Part shown: positions 24,001 through 36,390 of the stretch, piece by piece
How the letters are laid out: every line of letters starts with the position of its first letter
How positions within the stretch are numbered: position 1 is the first letter of the stretch
Assembly (NCBI GenBank): GCA_030704615.1
Contig: CM060733.1
Location: 1,488,001-1,552,000, forward strand
Direction: 5' to 3'
Length of the DNA: 64,000 bases
Source: Takakia lepidozioides
Lineage: Eukaryota; Plantae; Bryophyta
Made by a program: the position numbers and the translations under genes
The notes under the pieces: model-generated
The model's input: only the letters and a program-made list of their open reading frames with translations
Databases searched by the model: none
What the model was told of the DNA's origin: nothing

Positions 24001-27000
24001 AACAAGTCCATGTAGTAAGGTTGAAAATGAGAGGATGCAGATGTAAGTCTAGAATGCAGTTATGTTGAGTTTCCACCAAGGACGCTGCTGCCTTGACGAG
24101 TGACTCCTGTAACCTCCAATTTTGGACAGTGCACTTAGAAAATTTCTGAAAGAAGTTAGAATTGGAAAGGTATCATGATATTGTAGTTACCAATTGTCTT
24201 TTCCCTTGAAAGGAAATAAGCAAGGAAACATAGTATCTATATGAAGAGGGAATTGAAGAGTGATGAGTAGTTGGTGGCTGATGCAGAAAGCGTGCTGCTG
24301 TGACAGATTCCACCAGCTGGCAAGGGCTCCCTATATATTCGTCCCTTGCTCATTGGGTCCGGTGCTGTTCTTGGCTTGGCGCCTGCACCGGAGTATATGT
24401 TCGTGATCTATGTCTCACCTGTCGGCTGCTACTTCAAAGTATGTCCTTCATGTTTTCACCCTTGCTTGTGTACTCGTATCATGAGGATGAAGTCTCATGT
24501 CATTTGGCTGTTGAAATTCCATCCATGCATTGTCCAGTGTAGTATGTCATTAATCAATTCTTTTGCCAATGATTTTGGTTCTATCAGACACCTATTGCAT
24601 GTTCTTCCTTGGAACTTTAATTGGTGTGTTGGAATGACAAGCCACTGGTGGAGTATTTGTTAGGTGTGGCATGGCAAATAAATCAGTTTGGTGGCCTCTC
24701 AGCATAACGTGCTCTGAGGACACCTAGATGTGCCTCCCATTTGTTGATATGTTGTGGTATGTATTGGCAGGGAGGGTTGGCACCAATCCATTTGAAAGTA
24801 GAAGAATATTACCATCGGGCTGCGCCAGGTGGAACTGGAGGGGTGAAGACAATTGGCAACTATGCGCCAGTGAGGCCACCCTTTCAATTGGCTTTTGCAA
24901 TTTTGCTGCCATGTAGTTCCACAAAGCAACTGATGCTTGCAGGGGGTCTGCACAATGAAATGGAGACATGCATGAATAAACAAGAGCTGGTCAAGAGGGT
25001 CTTTGAGGGGAAGTTGGATAAGTTTGGCATGAGGGTTAGACAGGCGGAAAGTAAGTTGTGTGAAGTATATGATTTTATCTGGACAAATGTGCCACCTGCC
25101 CTGACAAGTTGATTGGATGACATGTCTTTGGGGAGGATATGGTGACTACATTGCTGTATCATGTATGTCGCACACAAAATCACTCTAAAGCTGTCGCTGC
25201 TGAAGTCTCAGAATGCCTATGAACCTTCCACTATATTCCAATCCCTGACACTAGTTGGAACCCTTCTCGAGATGTTCTCGGCCTAACCACAAATCGTCTA
25301 TTTTCCATCGATAATTCTTGAAGAGCTCTCTCCTCTGCCTGGAAGCAATGGGCCTTTATAGGAGCCCCAAGTTATATGCAAGGCAGATTAAGCATCTATT
25401 GGGGACTCGGGTATTTTTAGTTACTGGAATTGCTCAGTGCCTTGGGATTTGTGTGGACTGTTTTCTGCAGGTTCTCAAGACACAATTGACAGCCAAAAGC
25501 AAGGGCTACTCAGATGTACTGTATCTGGACACAGTGGAAAACAAGTTTGTGGAGGAGGTTTCGTCATGCAACATCTTCATGGTTAAGGTTTGCTCTTCCT
25601 AACCTCTCCCTTCTGTCAGGTAATGTGCAGTTTCGATAAATTCATGGGCCCTTCCCCTAGATGTACCCTTGCATGGTTTATGGCCATTCATGTTTTGGGC
25701 AGAGCAAATCTAGGCCATGTATGTGTGCCACAGGTGGCCCAAGAGAGACGTCAACCTCAGATCCATCCCAGAACTCACTCAAACATTTGCAGGCTTTGTT
25801 TTATTTGTCTCAACATGGCTGAATATTTGAAGGAGTTGCCAGCACTGTTGGATTATTGATGGGAGTTGGGCAGGATGTGGGTTGCCTAGTACTTTAGTTT
25901 ACGACAGGAAAGCTTTGTAATTTGCGTGCAGGTGGGAATAAGGACCCTTTCACCCCAAATGCTTTGGTCTTTTTTATAACATTGCTGGTTCAAGCTATGT
26001 TTCCGAGTTCGCAATCAACTTGAATTTATGAATCACAGGATAACGTGATCTCAACCCCAGAGTTGAAGGGAACAATACTGCCAGGCATCACCAGGAAAAG
26101 CATCATCCAGCTAGCCCGTACTTGGGGTTACAAGGTATGATTGTATCCTACAGGGTTGTCTACTTCATCAATGCATTTCTTTCGTGATTTCATTGGAAGA
26201 CGGGTGGGCCAGGAGTGAAGAGCACCTATGTAAGATGGCGTGTACAAGATTAATTGTCTTTGTTGACCAAGCTGTTTAAGTGCACTTCTCTGTACTGGAC
26301 AGTGCATTAGCTCTCTAATGAGCTTTTCTTTTGTCCGGTCTCTTTGCTGACCCATGTTCATCTGTATCCACCTCTTGATGGGCAGGTACTGGAAAGGCCG
26401 GTGGAGGCAATGGAGCTACTGGATGCCGATGAGGTGTTTTGCACAGGAACTGCCGTTGTGGTGAATCCCGTTGGCAGTATCACTTTTGAGTCAAGAAGGT
26501 ATGCTCTCTTACACTGGAATAGGTGGTATGCCTAGTTTTACACACCTTGGTTAGCAGCGGGGTGACTTGACTTGTATCACTTGTAACCCAAAGTCGCCTG
26601 AAGTCTTCTATTAAGCATTCATGCAAGGTGAACTATGGTGATGTCAAAAGTGATGGCCTACAAATTACATTCTGTCCTACAATGTTTGAAGCCATGTGCA
26701 TTTCACCTGTCCTGCACTGTTCCAGATGTAGCAATAGCAGAATTGGCTGAACAAGTTGTCAGTTGCTGACGAGTACAGGTTTTGAGCACAGCAGCTATCC
26801 ATCGCTGCTTGGAGTTGTCTCTGCTATTTGGAAACTCATGTAAACTTTCTTGAGTTTTAGTTACCATGCCTGTCACACATGCATACATTATTGCATACAT
26901 CATGGATTGTGACTGACAGATCTTCACGCCATGTATCTGGTGGGCCTTTTGTGCACAGAATCAATTACAAAAATGGAGGAGTGGGAAAAGTGACAGAGGA

Positions 27001-27076
27001 GCTCTATGAAGCTCTTACCAGTATCCAAATGGGTCGTGCTGAAGACAAGATGGATTGGATAGTGGAGTTGAAATGA
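21047..27076 (+). CDS. BCAT: Branched-chain amino acid aminotransferase (class IV PLP enzyme) with organellar transit peptide
   Basis: Exons ~22931-23105 ([13 protein letters not shown]), 23525-23701 ([10 protein letters not shown]), 24307-24438, 24771-24869 ([12 protein letters not shown] lysine), 25471-25587, 26039-26134 (ILPGITRKS), 26386-26498 and 26959-27076. The N-terminal exon from 21047 and its splicing to 22931 are uncertain. Confidence 0.93.
23185..23300 (-). mobile_element. 3'-terminal fragment of the RTE-X-like LINE in a BCAT intron
   Basis: Reverse complement contains tgcccaaactgggcatggggtctatggccacaaggctacggcaaac and is near-identical to 43785-43882. Confidence 0.85.
23308..23482 (-). 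mobile_element. SINE-like element with a distinct head and a LINE-derived tail
   Basis: The head (~80 bp, containing gtgggtgcaaatcccac) recurs at 43640-43720. The tail aatggccataaggctatggcaa..atgagtacattctctc matches the LINE 3' end. Confidence 0.6.
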
Positions 27077-27206
27077 CCCGTGTAGCCAGCTCTTTCCTTC
27101 TGAGTTGCTGATATTAGTCTTGGGGTTCAGAATGGCTGACCCATGTTTGAATCATAGTTCACAACAAAGCAACTTGATCTCCAAATTTTGTTTGTGTCCT
27201 GATGAA

Positions 27207-27208
<2 letters not shown>

Positions 27209-27250
<42 letters not shown>

Positions 27251-29112
27251 CCCGCTCAAACTGGGCGCGGGGTCAATGGCCACAAGGCTACGGCAAACAA
27301 CGTCTTATGAGTACAATCTCTCTCTTATGAGAGGTTGTTTCCACGAAGGCCAAGCTAGCTTTCAGCGAAACAGGGGCTGTGTGGATCATATCTTCACTCT
27401 AAGCCAGATTATCCAGGGAAGGAAAAAAGAAGGGAAACCCACTTATGTTTTTTTCCTGGATGTCAAAAAGGCTTATGACACAGTGTGGAGAGATGGCCTA
27501 TGGTTCCGCCTCTGGTCTTGTGGGATCAAGGGAAAGATGTGGAGAGTTGTCCACAACTTGTATGCTCACACCAAAAGCTGTGTCACTGTTAACGGACAGA
27601 AGTCCAACTTCTTTGACATAGACCAAGGTGTAGCTCAAGGATGTACTCTCTCCCCTCTGCTCTTCAATGTTGTCATCAATCAACTCCTCGAGGATGTGGA
27701 AAGTGAGGGATTTGGGTTAAGGGTGGGTGATACCACCATACCAGCCCTTATGTTTGCGGATGACTTCGCAGGCATAGGGGAGACTCCAACCAATCTCCAG
27801 GAGTTGATTGATTGCGCAAAGAGATACTTTGATCTTTGGGGGCTAGAGGCTAATGTCAGCAAATGTGCAGTGGTAGCATTCAACGACAGAGGAGAGGGAG
27901 GAAGTGATCTTAAGTGGCAGTGGGGTAGCCAAGAGATCCCGGTCCTCCCTTCCTACACTTACCTGGGCGTTGAGTTTTCCTCCAATTGTAATTGGGATGC
28001 ACATATCCGGAAAGTTGTTCAAACTGGCAAGGGCAAAGCTCTGGGGCTCACTAAATTTTTCCACTGCAGAGGGGTCAACTCTGAGGTTAAGAAAACCATG
28101 CTTTGTCGCTTTATTAGACCTGCCTTGGAGTATGGATCTGCAATATGGTTTGATAACTCCAACCAGGCTAAGTCTCTAGAATCCATTCGGGGTGCTTAAG
28201 TAGTGTATGTCAGCATGCTCCAAAACAGCCAATGTGGCTGTTCGGGGTGAGTTTGGCATTCCGTCCTTATGCTCCCGACGAGATGGATCCAAGGTCAGAT
28301 GGTGGGGTCAGCTGCAACATATGTCCAACACCAGATATCCTAAGTTAATCGACTCTCTATCTTGGAAACAAGACCGCCTTGTCAAACAGGCTGTCCTGGC
28401 AAAAGAGAGTAGAAGAGATTCTCAAGGACCTGGACCTGGAACCGCAAGTCTTGACCTTGCTGGATAAATCTGACTTAGAGGCTGTAGTGTCCAAAGCCAT
28501 GTCTGTTGCCATGAGATTGTCTGATGAAAATGAAGTTAGGCAGAAAACTTCCCTGAACTTGTTTCCTGTCGGTGACATTGGGGAGGACATCTTGGAAGAC
28601 CTCAAGGGTCTACCCACTCTCGGCACTAGACTGAAATTTAAACTCAGGGCAGGAAGCCTACCTTTGAACAGCAAACAGAAGCAGAGAGGAAAGGGAGAGT
28701 GCAATTGCCTGGGCAACCTGAAGACAGTATTCATTTTCTGATACACTGTCCGGGATTCTCTCAACAAAGAGGCTCTCTTCAAATCCATCAAGGGAATTGT
28801 GCCTATACCTCTGTTTACCAACTTTGAAAGTCTCGAGGCTGAGCCAAAAGCCCAGGCCCTCCTGAGGCCTAGTTTTTGGGCAAATCACACACAGCAGATT
28901 GATGCTTGTGTGAAGGGATTTCTAGAGGATATCTGGAAAACCCGGATTAATTCTATATATGAAGGTAAGTCTTACTACCAACGTCAGCCCCTGACAGAGG
29001 TAGGTTCTGTCCCTTTTGTTTCCGCTCAAACTGGTGCGGGGTCAATGGCCACAAGGCAAACGTCTTACGAGTACAATCTCTCTCTCTTATGAGTACAGTC
29101 TCTTTCTTTCTC

Positions 29113-29148
<36 letters not shown>

Positions 29149-29395
29149 ATGAGTACAGTCTCTTTCTTTCTCTTTCTCTCTCTCTCTCTCTTATGAGTAC
29201 AGTCTCTTTCTTTCTCTCTCTCTCTCTCAGGCACGTGAAGGGATTTCCAGAGGAAATCTGGAAAACCCGAAGCGATTGTTTATACCAAGGTAACTGGACT
29301 GAGCCCCTCACAAAGGGAGTATATGTTCCCTCTCCATGGGCATGGGGTTGATGGCCCCAAAGCTATGGCAAACCATTTTATGAGTATATTTCTCT
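27209..29395 (+). mobile_element. Head-to-tail array of 5'-truncated RTE-X-like LINE copies separated by (CT)n tracts
   Basis: (CT)n 27209-27247, then a terminal copy 27249-27325. The main copy ~27335-29075 has RT motifs LDVKKAYDTVWRDGLW, QGCTLSPLLF, MFADD, YTYLG and a frameshifted knuckle EDSIHFLIHCP. A reiterated tail runs to 29228, then a third copy 29231-29395. Confidence 0.92.
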
Positions 29396-29439
29396 CGCCC
29401 GTTAGTTCTTTTGAGATTGCTGAAGCAATAGAACATCTA

Positions 29440-29655
29440 TAGGGCTATAAAGCCGATTGGTGTGAAGGCATCATCAATGAGCTATTAAGCACGGTGGTGA
29501 TCCTATGGTAGAGGCCTTATCTGGAAGTCTGAAATTCTATACCCTTTTGCTTTTGTCAATCAGTATACGAAAGGCGACAGAAACAGCCTGGAAACTACTC
29601 TGGCATAACACTTCCTAGTGTAGTTGGCAAGCTGTTCTGTAGAATGTTAATCACC
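29440..29655 (+). mobile_element. LINE RT N-terminal fragment (domains 0-1), degenerate
   Basis: With frameshifts it translates to GIINELL.HGG.PMVEAL..KGD...PGNYSGITLPSVVGKLFCRML. Confidence 0.7.
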
Positions 29656-29659
29656 TGCC

Positions 29660-32600
29660 TTATGGTTGATTTGGAGAAAAAAGGGCCCAATGGATGGTTG
29701 AAGGAACATGTTGAAGGATTGAACCTAGGAACAACAACAGAAGCCTGGAGAGCTTTATCAAAAGAAAATCATGGGGCCAATTAATCTCCCCATCATCGGC
29801 ATCAGCAGGGCAGATTCCAAGCTTGGGTTCGTCCACCCAAGAAAAGCTTGAGTCGGAATTTTGCGGGTGCAGATGATGTTGCCCTTGCCCCAGTAGCGAT
29901 CCAACTCTTTGCAAAGCCTTCCTCCCCTCAGCCATGAGGTCGTAATGGACCCGCACCAGGACTGGTGGTTTCCCCTCGCAAACCCAGGAGCATCTAGACT
30001 TCCAAAACGTTCCAAAGAGTGTGAGCCCTTATTAGGCAGCTCCAAACAGGGCAATTAATACCCGGGACAATGTTGAACAGCAGAAGGAGGGGTGAATTAA
30101 TGTAAGGGAGCCACCGCCAATGGCTATAAAAAGCAAAAACGGGTCCACCTCCTAGCAACCATATGAAGAAGGCAGTGCTCGATGGTCTCAGGGAGAGAGT
30201 GGCAGACCGGGCAGGTCGGGTCATCTCACCGATTACAAAAGTAGACAGGCAATGCGGTTAGCCACCTTCCAAAGGAAAGCGCTGATCTTGGCAGCACGCT
30301 CTTTCCTCCAAATGTCTTTCCGGATCGGTTTCCAATTGTCAAGGCTTTGCAAGGACTCCATTTTTCCGCTTCCACTTGGAGGAGAAGGAAGTCTCGGGGA
30401 TAAAGCAACTTGTAACCAAGTCTCACTGAATAGGCTAAGAACGGGGAGTGCGAGTGATCCATCCACGACCACTCCCCTGAATCAAATTGGAGTCCGTCTA
30501 GGGATTAGGGAGAGAAACAAAAAAAAAAAAAGGGAGTGCAGGGACCAGTGAAGAGCCATCCAAGTGGTGGTTGGGGGTTTGCCGGCAAGCAGTTTGCGCT
30601 TCAGGGTCCAAAATACCAAGCCCCCCCCATTGTGCTTTGGCTGACATATTAGTTGTTTCCAAGCAATGAGTCAGGGCCGTCTATGTGGTGACGCGGGGGA
30701 GGCTCCTCAAATGAAATTACGAATCATCACGTTAATTGAGCAAATAGGCTTAGATCCCGGTGCCCAAACAGCCGCAAACATATATATAGTATATATTAGT
30801 ATATATCAAGCTTTCCATTAAATAGCTGATGGTTCAGTGCCTGTATAAATATAAATATAAACAGTGTAAACAGTTTACATAGCAAGAGATAGAATTTTTG
30901 TAGAAACTCTCTACAAACTCAGTTGCACTCACCAGCAAGCCCAAGCCAAATGACACAATCCCCAAAGAACAACCTTAATCTAATAAAGGAGGTCATTTTG
31001 ATTGAGAACCTAGCGAGCCGTCATGACAACTACAGCTGAAGCACAACCCCCATTTTTGATCTACTTACACTATGCACCTTCAAGCACAGGATTGAACCAC
31101 ATATCTAAAAAGGGTGCTCACTACAACGTCCTGGAGCAGCCGCTACCCTAGTCGTCCTGGAGCAGTCGTCGTCCTAGGGCAGCCTCAAGCCACTTGGTCC
31201 CACCATCCTATCTCCCACCACTGCACGTTCCTGCTACAGCAACTCACTGGTCCCACCCACCCTGGGGCCACCACTCCTGTCGTCGTTCTTCAAAGCTCCA
31301 GAAGTTTCCAGATCGTAGGTTGTTCTAGAATGTTCCATAGCCCACCAGCCGTCTCCTTTTCTAGAACTTTCCCCTGTTTCTACGCAGGGACCTACACCTG
31401 CCCTCATTATTCGCACGTTCCAGCGGCCCAGGTCGCCCTCCCCATTGGCTGGGCCATTCGCCTTCATCTTTCTGACCTTTCCGAGTAATGCCTTGGGATC
31501 CTTAATTTTCGGACCTTTCATTTCATTAATTAATACAGGTGGTCTTATTACATTGGCCCCCTCTTTTAACTTCTGGACCACGCTAATTCCTGGACCACTC
31601 TAGAATTAACCGGGCCCGAATGAAACTCCTTTACATATAGAGACGCAAGAAGGATCTGGTTGGCCACCAATGTTATGCCAGCAATGGATAACAAGGTCGA
31701 ACTCCAGAAAGGGAAGATTACGTAAAACTACCTCAAACCTTTGGTCATCAGACAGATCATAACCAAAATTGGTAACCCATGAGGGTGACTGACTATCCGG
31801 GAGCCATTTAAGTCCTAGCGAGTCCCCCAACGGAAACTGTGCATCAGCTGCACATCATGGGCAACTCTTGATAGCATCCCAACAGATTTTTCCCATTAAT
31901 TAATCTTAACCCCTAAACGACGGGGTCGGCCCGATTTTTCATCCATCCATAGCATGCACGGATGAAGTCCGATGAACAAGCGGCTTGAATGAAAAATGTA
32001 GCGCGGAACAAGCTGCACACGCAGGTCTTGATGGCGCCCCCAACAGATAAAAACTCCGCCGTCGGGAATTTTTTGAAGTTTGGAAATTGCAGGATTTTGG
32101 GTGGAGGGGGGGGCACGGGGATTGACCATTGACGTGGCAGGTGGCAGCGGCCACGCGGGTGGGATTTTGCGGGGGGGGGGGGGGGGGGGGCCATGCAGGG
32201 GTTGGAGTCGGTGAGGCCCTCCCCAAAACACTGAGGAACACCGGGACGACTCGAATAAGCTAGCCCTGGCAAATAATGGGAAACCTCGACGTGGCCCGGA
32301 AAACGTCGCCGGATTCAGGCGAAATTCCGGCCAGCGATTGCCTGACCTGGAGGAGGCGGAAATGTCACAAAATCCCACATCCCAAATAGAATCTAGGGAA
32401 TTTTTGGGAAATTCTTGGGCAGGCTTATGTAGTTCTTGGCCTATGAGGGACTGACCGTTGGAATTCCCAATTGAAGAAAAATTTGGGGTCCCAATGGGAC
32501 CTCTACCATTTCCTTTGCAAATTCTCTTTTTGGACCCCCATTCCAACCACATACAAAGCACCCCCCCTCTTCATTTTGGCAGATTGGGGTGAAATTTGGT

Positions 32601-34474
32601 GTGAGGGTTTGGGATTGTGCACTTCACTAGAATATAGCACTTTTTCTCCCAGGAAAATTTGGGATCCTGGATTTTTTGCTTGGTCAAACATGAGCTTTTG
32701 CTTTGTTTTTTCCAATTTTCAAAAAATGCACCATCTTAAAATGTTATAATCTCCCAAACTACACGGTGGAATCTCCCCAAATTTGGGGGGCTTGTGCATC
32801 TGGTATGTAGGAATACGTTTGTATGGTTCATCCAGGTGGATGAACGTTGGTAGGCAGGCAGCCGCTGACATGTGAGGGTGGGTCCCGGAATTGTCCAAAA
32901 ACCCAAAAACTGCTCTAGTCCGGGTTAAGGTCCGAGGCCATACAAAAGTGTGAAAGAAACTCAAAAGCCGAGTAATAATGGGTTTGGCTGAGTTATCTAA
33001 TAGCAGGAGGACCGTATCGTATCGTCAGCATACATTGAGATATTAATGCTCAAGAATTATGTACAGGATGGGGGATAGTGAACCCAATAATATCCCTTCT
33101 AGCCTCCAGTATGTGTCCAAGGCTATCAGCTCCTATCAAGAAAAAGAAGAGAGCAAGGGGACATCCCTAACGTACCTACCTAGACAAAGGGAAAAAATAT
33201 GAGATCATTCTATTAACCATTACTTTCAGTGTTTCTTTTTTCACTTTTCCAAAATCGCCATAAGGGCCACACGTGAATTCTACCCGGCGCCCACGAGGCG
33301 AAAATAACGAGGTGGCAGGGTTAGAAAAGTGGCTATATAACAGGTGTCACATTTTAACAGTTTCATGTAGGAAAAATCTGGCTTCTGATATTTAACCAGT
33401 GGCACTTTCTGGAAAAAAAATTTGATTTTTACTCCCATAATCCCCTTTGTAAAAGTAGCTGACCCATTTTCCAGGTCGAGATCTGGCGATTTTTTGTCAG
33501 ATTTAAAAACACTGACTACTTTGCTGGAGGCAGAAAAGAGCAAGAAGTTTACCCATTCTAGAAGGCCTTTGCATACCATCTGTATGTAGGGCACCTATCA
33601 AGAATCCAATCAATAGAGTCGAATGTTTTTTCAAAGTCTAGCATCAAGAAAGCAACATGCTGGTTTACCTAGCTTGCTAGTCATGAACATGGCTTCATTA
33701 GCACATAAAATATCCAAAATTGATTGATTTTTCATAAATCCCGTCTGTTGGATGATTTTGGATAACATGCAGCATTGGTTGAATTCTAAGCACTTATCTT
33801 ATAAGACACATTCAATAGTGTGATGGGTCAATAATTGGAGATGCATTCCCTATCTCCTTTTTTGAAAATGGTTGTGACTAAGCCGTGAGAAAGTTGTGAT
33901 CATGGCATAATTCCTTTTGCGAGGACATCATTGGCCATGTTGAGGAAATCATCCCCAATGGTAAGCCACATATTTTTAAAGAATTCCACAGACATTCCAT
34001 CAAGCCCCGGGGCTTTCCCAAAAGAGAGACCCTAAACAGCAAATCCCAGCTCTTGCATTGTAAAAGGGGAAGCAAGCTCCAGGCACAAGGCAGGCAGTCC
34101 AGCGCCCTAGTCTGAGCAAGTATTGGGCGGGTATTATTTTTCTAATACTAGCCGGGTCCGGGTATTGAAGGAAAATTAATTTTCAATACCAGCCGGTTCT
34201 GTAGTATTGAAAGATTCTCTTAATTTTAATACCCGCCGGTTCTCAATAGTGGTATGATTTTTGATTTGCAGACGGGTATCAATAGGGTGGGTATTCCAAT
34301 CTAATACCAGCCGGTTATCAACCCAGATATAGATAAATAAATTAAAATTAAAATAACCATTAAATAATTAGTGTGTCTTTAATTGAATTTAGAAGATTTT
34401 CACTTGATTTCACAAAGAAATTAATTATTATGTTGCAAAATTCAGACTTTACATTACATAATAAAAAAAGAATA

Positions 34475-34505
<31 letters not shown>

Positions 34506-35990
34506 GACATGTGCTAAGAAATGAATAATAGTGGCGGGCTCTTGGGGCTGGACATGGCCTCCCTCACATGTGCACCCTCTTACCCTGACCCCTGATATCA
34601 TGTGCACCTGCCCAATTTCCTATTCATACCATGGTATAGTCCTTGTTTTTGCCCCTAATACGGGTCCGGGTCCGGGTATTGTCTTGGCAATACCAGCCGG
34701 CCCGGTTATCAACCACAGTATTGGAATTGCAAATACTAGCCGGGTCAGTTATTCAATACCCTGGTTGATACCCGGCCAGACCGTATATACCATTGCAACA
34801 CCGGTCTGAGCTATAAGAGTTTGAGGACTAGAGAGCGGCCTAGAGCTGAAGGAGAGTTTAAAAAAATTTGTCGTGTACTATCAATATCCTTGGGGTTGGA
34901 TAAGGTTTCTCCGAGGCCATTCTTGAGCAAAGAAATGGCAGTTGTCATCCTCCGTTGTCTAGCTTTAACAAAAAAAATACCTTGTCATTTTTCACCCCCA
35001 AGACACCAATCGACCCCAGCCTTCCTTCTAAAGTTATCTTCTTTGAACCAAACATTTGAGCGAGGCCTTCTCCTTCACGGCCGAAGCCATTGCCATATCT
35101 ATTAAGAGCCGTTGATGCACTTAGCTTACCCAATATATCAACGTAGAAGAGGCAAAATTATTGGCTGCGTCTTTCCATAATTCCCCAATCAGAGTGATAT
35201 TGGCAGGAACCCCCAAGATGCTAGAGTTCAACTTGAAATAACCTCTTTCCTTGATCGTTGTTCCAAGTGGGATGAAGAGGATCGAGACCTCAAAGTGATC
35301 AAAGTCATGCAGCATCGGGCCCATGTGGCAATGTCTAAAGAAGGGGAGAATGGCTGGAGAGTAATAAATACAAGTCGAGCCATTCCCAAAGCAAGGGGCT
35401 CTATTATTGGACTAGGAAAAGCGGTGATTGCCATGTTGTGTTGCACATGGATGCCCATGCCATTCTTTCATCAGTAGATACCCCATAGGGGAGGGGGTCA
35501 AACCTATCCTCATCCCAGTCAACCATGTTAAAGTCCCCTCCTAAGACCCATTGTTCCACAACAGACAGCTCTAACATCTTAGACTTTATGAGGTCCCAAA
35601 ATTTATCCTATCATCCACTACATTCGGGGCATAAATGTAGCCCAGGCCAGTCTGACCCACTGAATTTGATGATTTAAAGAATGCACATCGCACCCCTCCT
35701 TGTAGCCACCAATATGTTTGAACAAGAGAAGATAATAGGGAGGGAAACAACAAAAATGTTGTGCCCCCTCTAGAGTCGATAACAGCGGGATTCCATAAAG
35801 CCGCGTGAGCAGGCTATAAGGTGCTACCAATTGAAGTAATTTTCTTTGTATCCAATTTGTGTTTTTACAAGAAAATGACCAATTGTTTAGAAATCAAATG
35901 AGCTGCCTATTGCTTGATTCTAGCACGTTTGGGGACAAATGCGTAAGAACCTATACCTCTAATGTTCCACGTAGACAAGGAAAAACTCAT
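29660..35990 (-). mobile_element. Degenerate L1-clade LINE ORF2 in three pieces (35990-34812, 34109-33595, 30480-29660)
   Basis: APE endonuclease motifs STWNIRG, WVLGGDFNMV and DHF; RT start KAPGLDG, ITLLNVSYKI, QTGFMK and LDFEKTFDSIDW; zf-RVT-like IWRKERAAKISAFLWKVAN. Central RT domains are missing. Confidence 0.8.
34118..34803. mobile_element. Non-autonomous DNA transposon (hAT-like MITE) inserted in the L1
   Basis: 8-bp TSD GTCTGAGC at 34110-34117 and 34804-34811. Removing the insert restores the L1 frame (LIAQTRALDCLP). The right end ttgcaacaccg is hAT-like, there are many subterminal AATACYAGCCGG repeats, and the left TIR is degenerate. Confidence 0.7.
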
Positions 35991-36390
35991 TGGGGATAAA
36001 ACAAGAGCCCATGGGATCCCATGATTTGAAGGCAAAAGAGGTGCGAAAAAGAAGTTAGTCCTTTTGTCAAAAGAAATGAGGCGTGAATGCCATTTGAATC
36101 TCGTGGGAGGGGCCGTAGTTAAAGGTAACTCAATTACGGTGTGAAGATTCAACATACCATAGCGCTGTGTTTTTTAACCCAGCACCGTAAATTGCCTTTT
36201 GGGTGCTCGGATTGAACATATAACAATAGAAGAGATATGTAAGTCAAGAAATGAAGTCAGGAAAAACATCCATTGTGAGTGTGCCATAGAATGAGTGAGT
36301 AAGGTGGAGCATGACATTCACCATTGGGGGGGAGTCGACCGTCTCCTCTAGATGAGCAAAGCTTAGAGACAGGGCCAAAATATTCACTAG

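Noticed and set aside
27249-27315. Self-cleaving ribozyme (HDV-like or hammerhead) upstream of the RT
   Set aside because: No hammerhead core and no nested double pseudoknot could be built. The motif is the 3' end of a preceding copy.
27105-28199. 364-aa ORF as a stand-alone or domesticated reverse transcriptase gene
   Set aside because: Its N-terminus is read-through of a (CT)n tract and an out-of-frame LINE tail, and the downstream part is frameshifted. It is a truncated LINE.
31905-32930. piggyBac-like element bounded by TTAACCC..GGGTTAA
   Set aside because: Inverted identity does not extend beyond 7 bp and no transposase is present.
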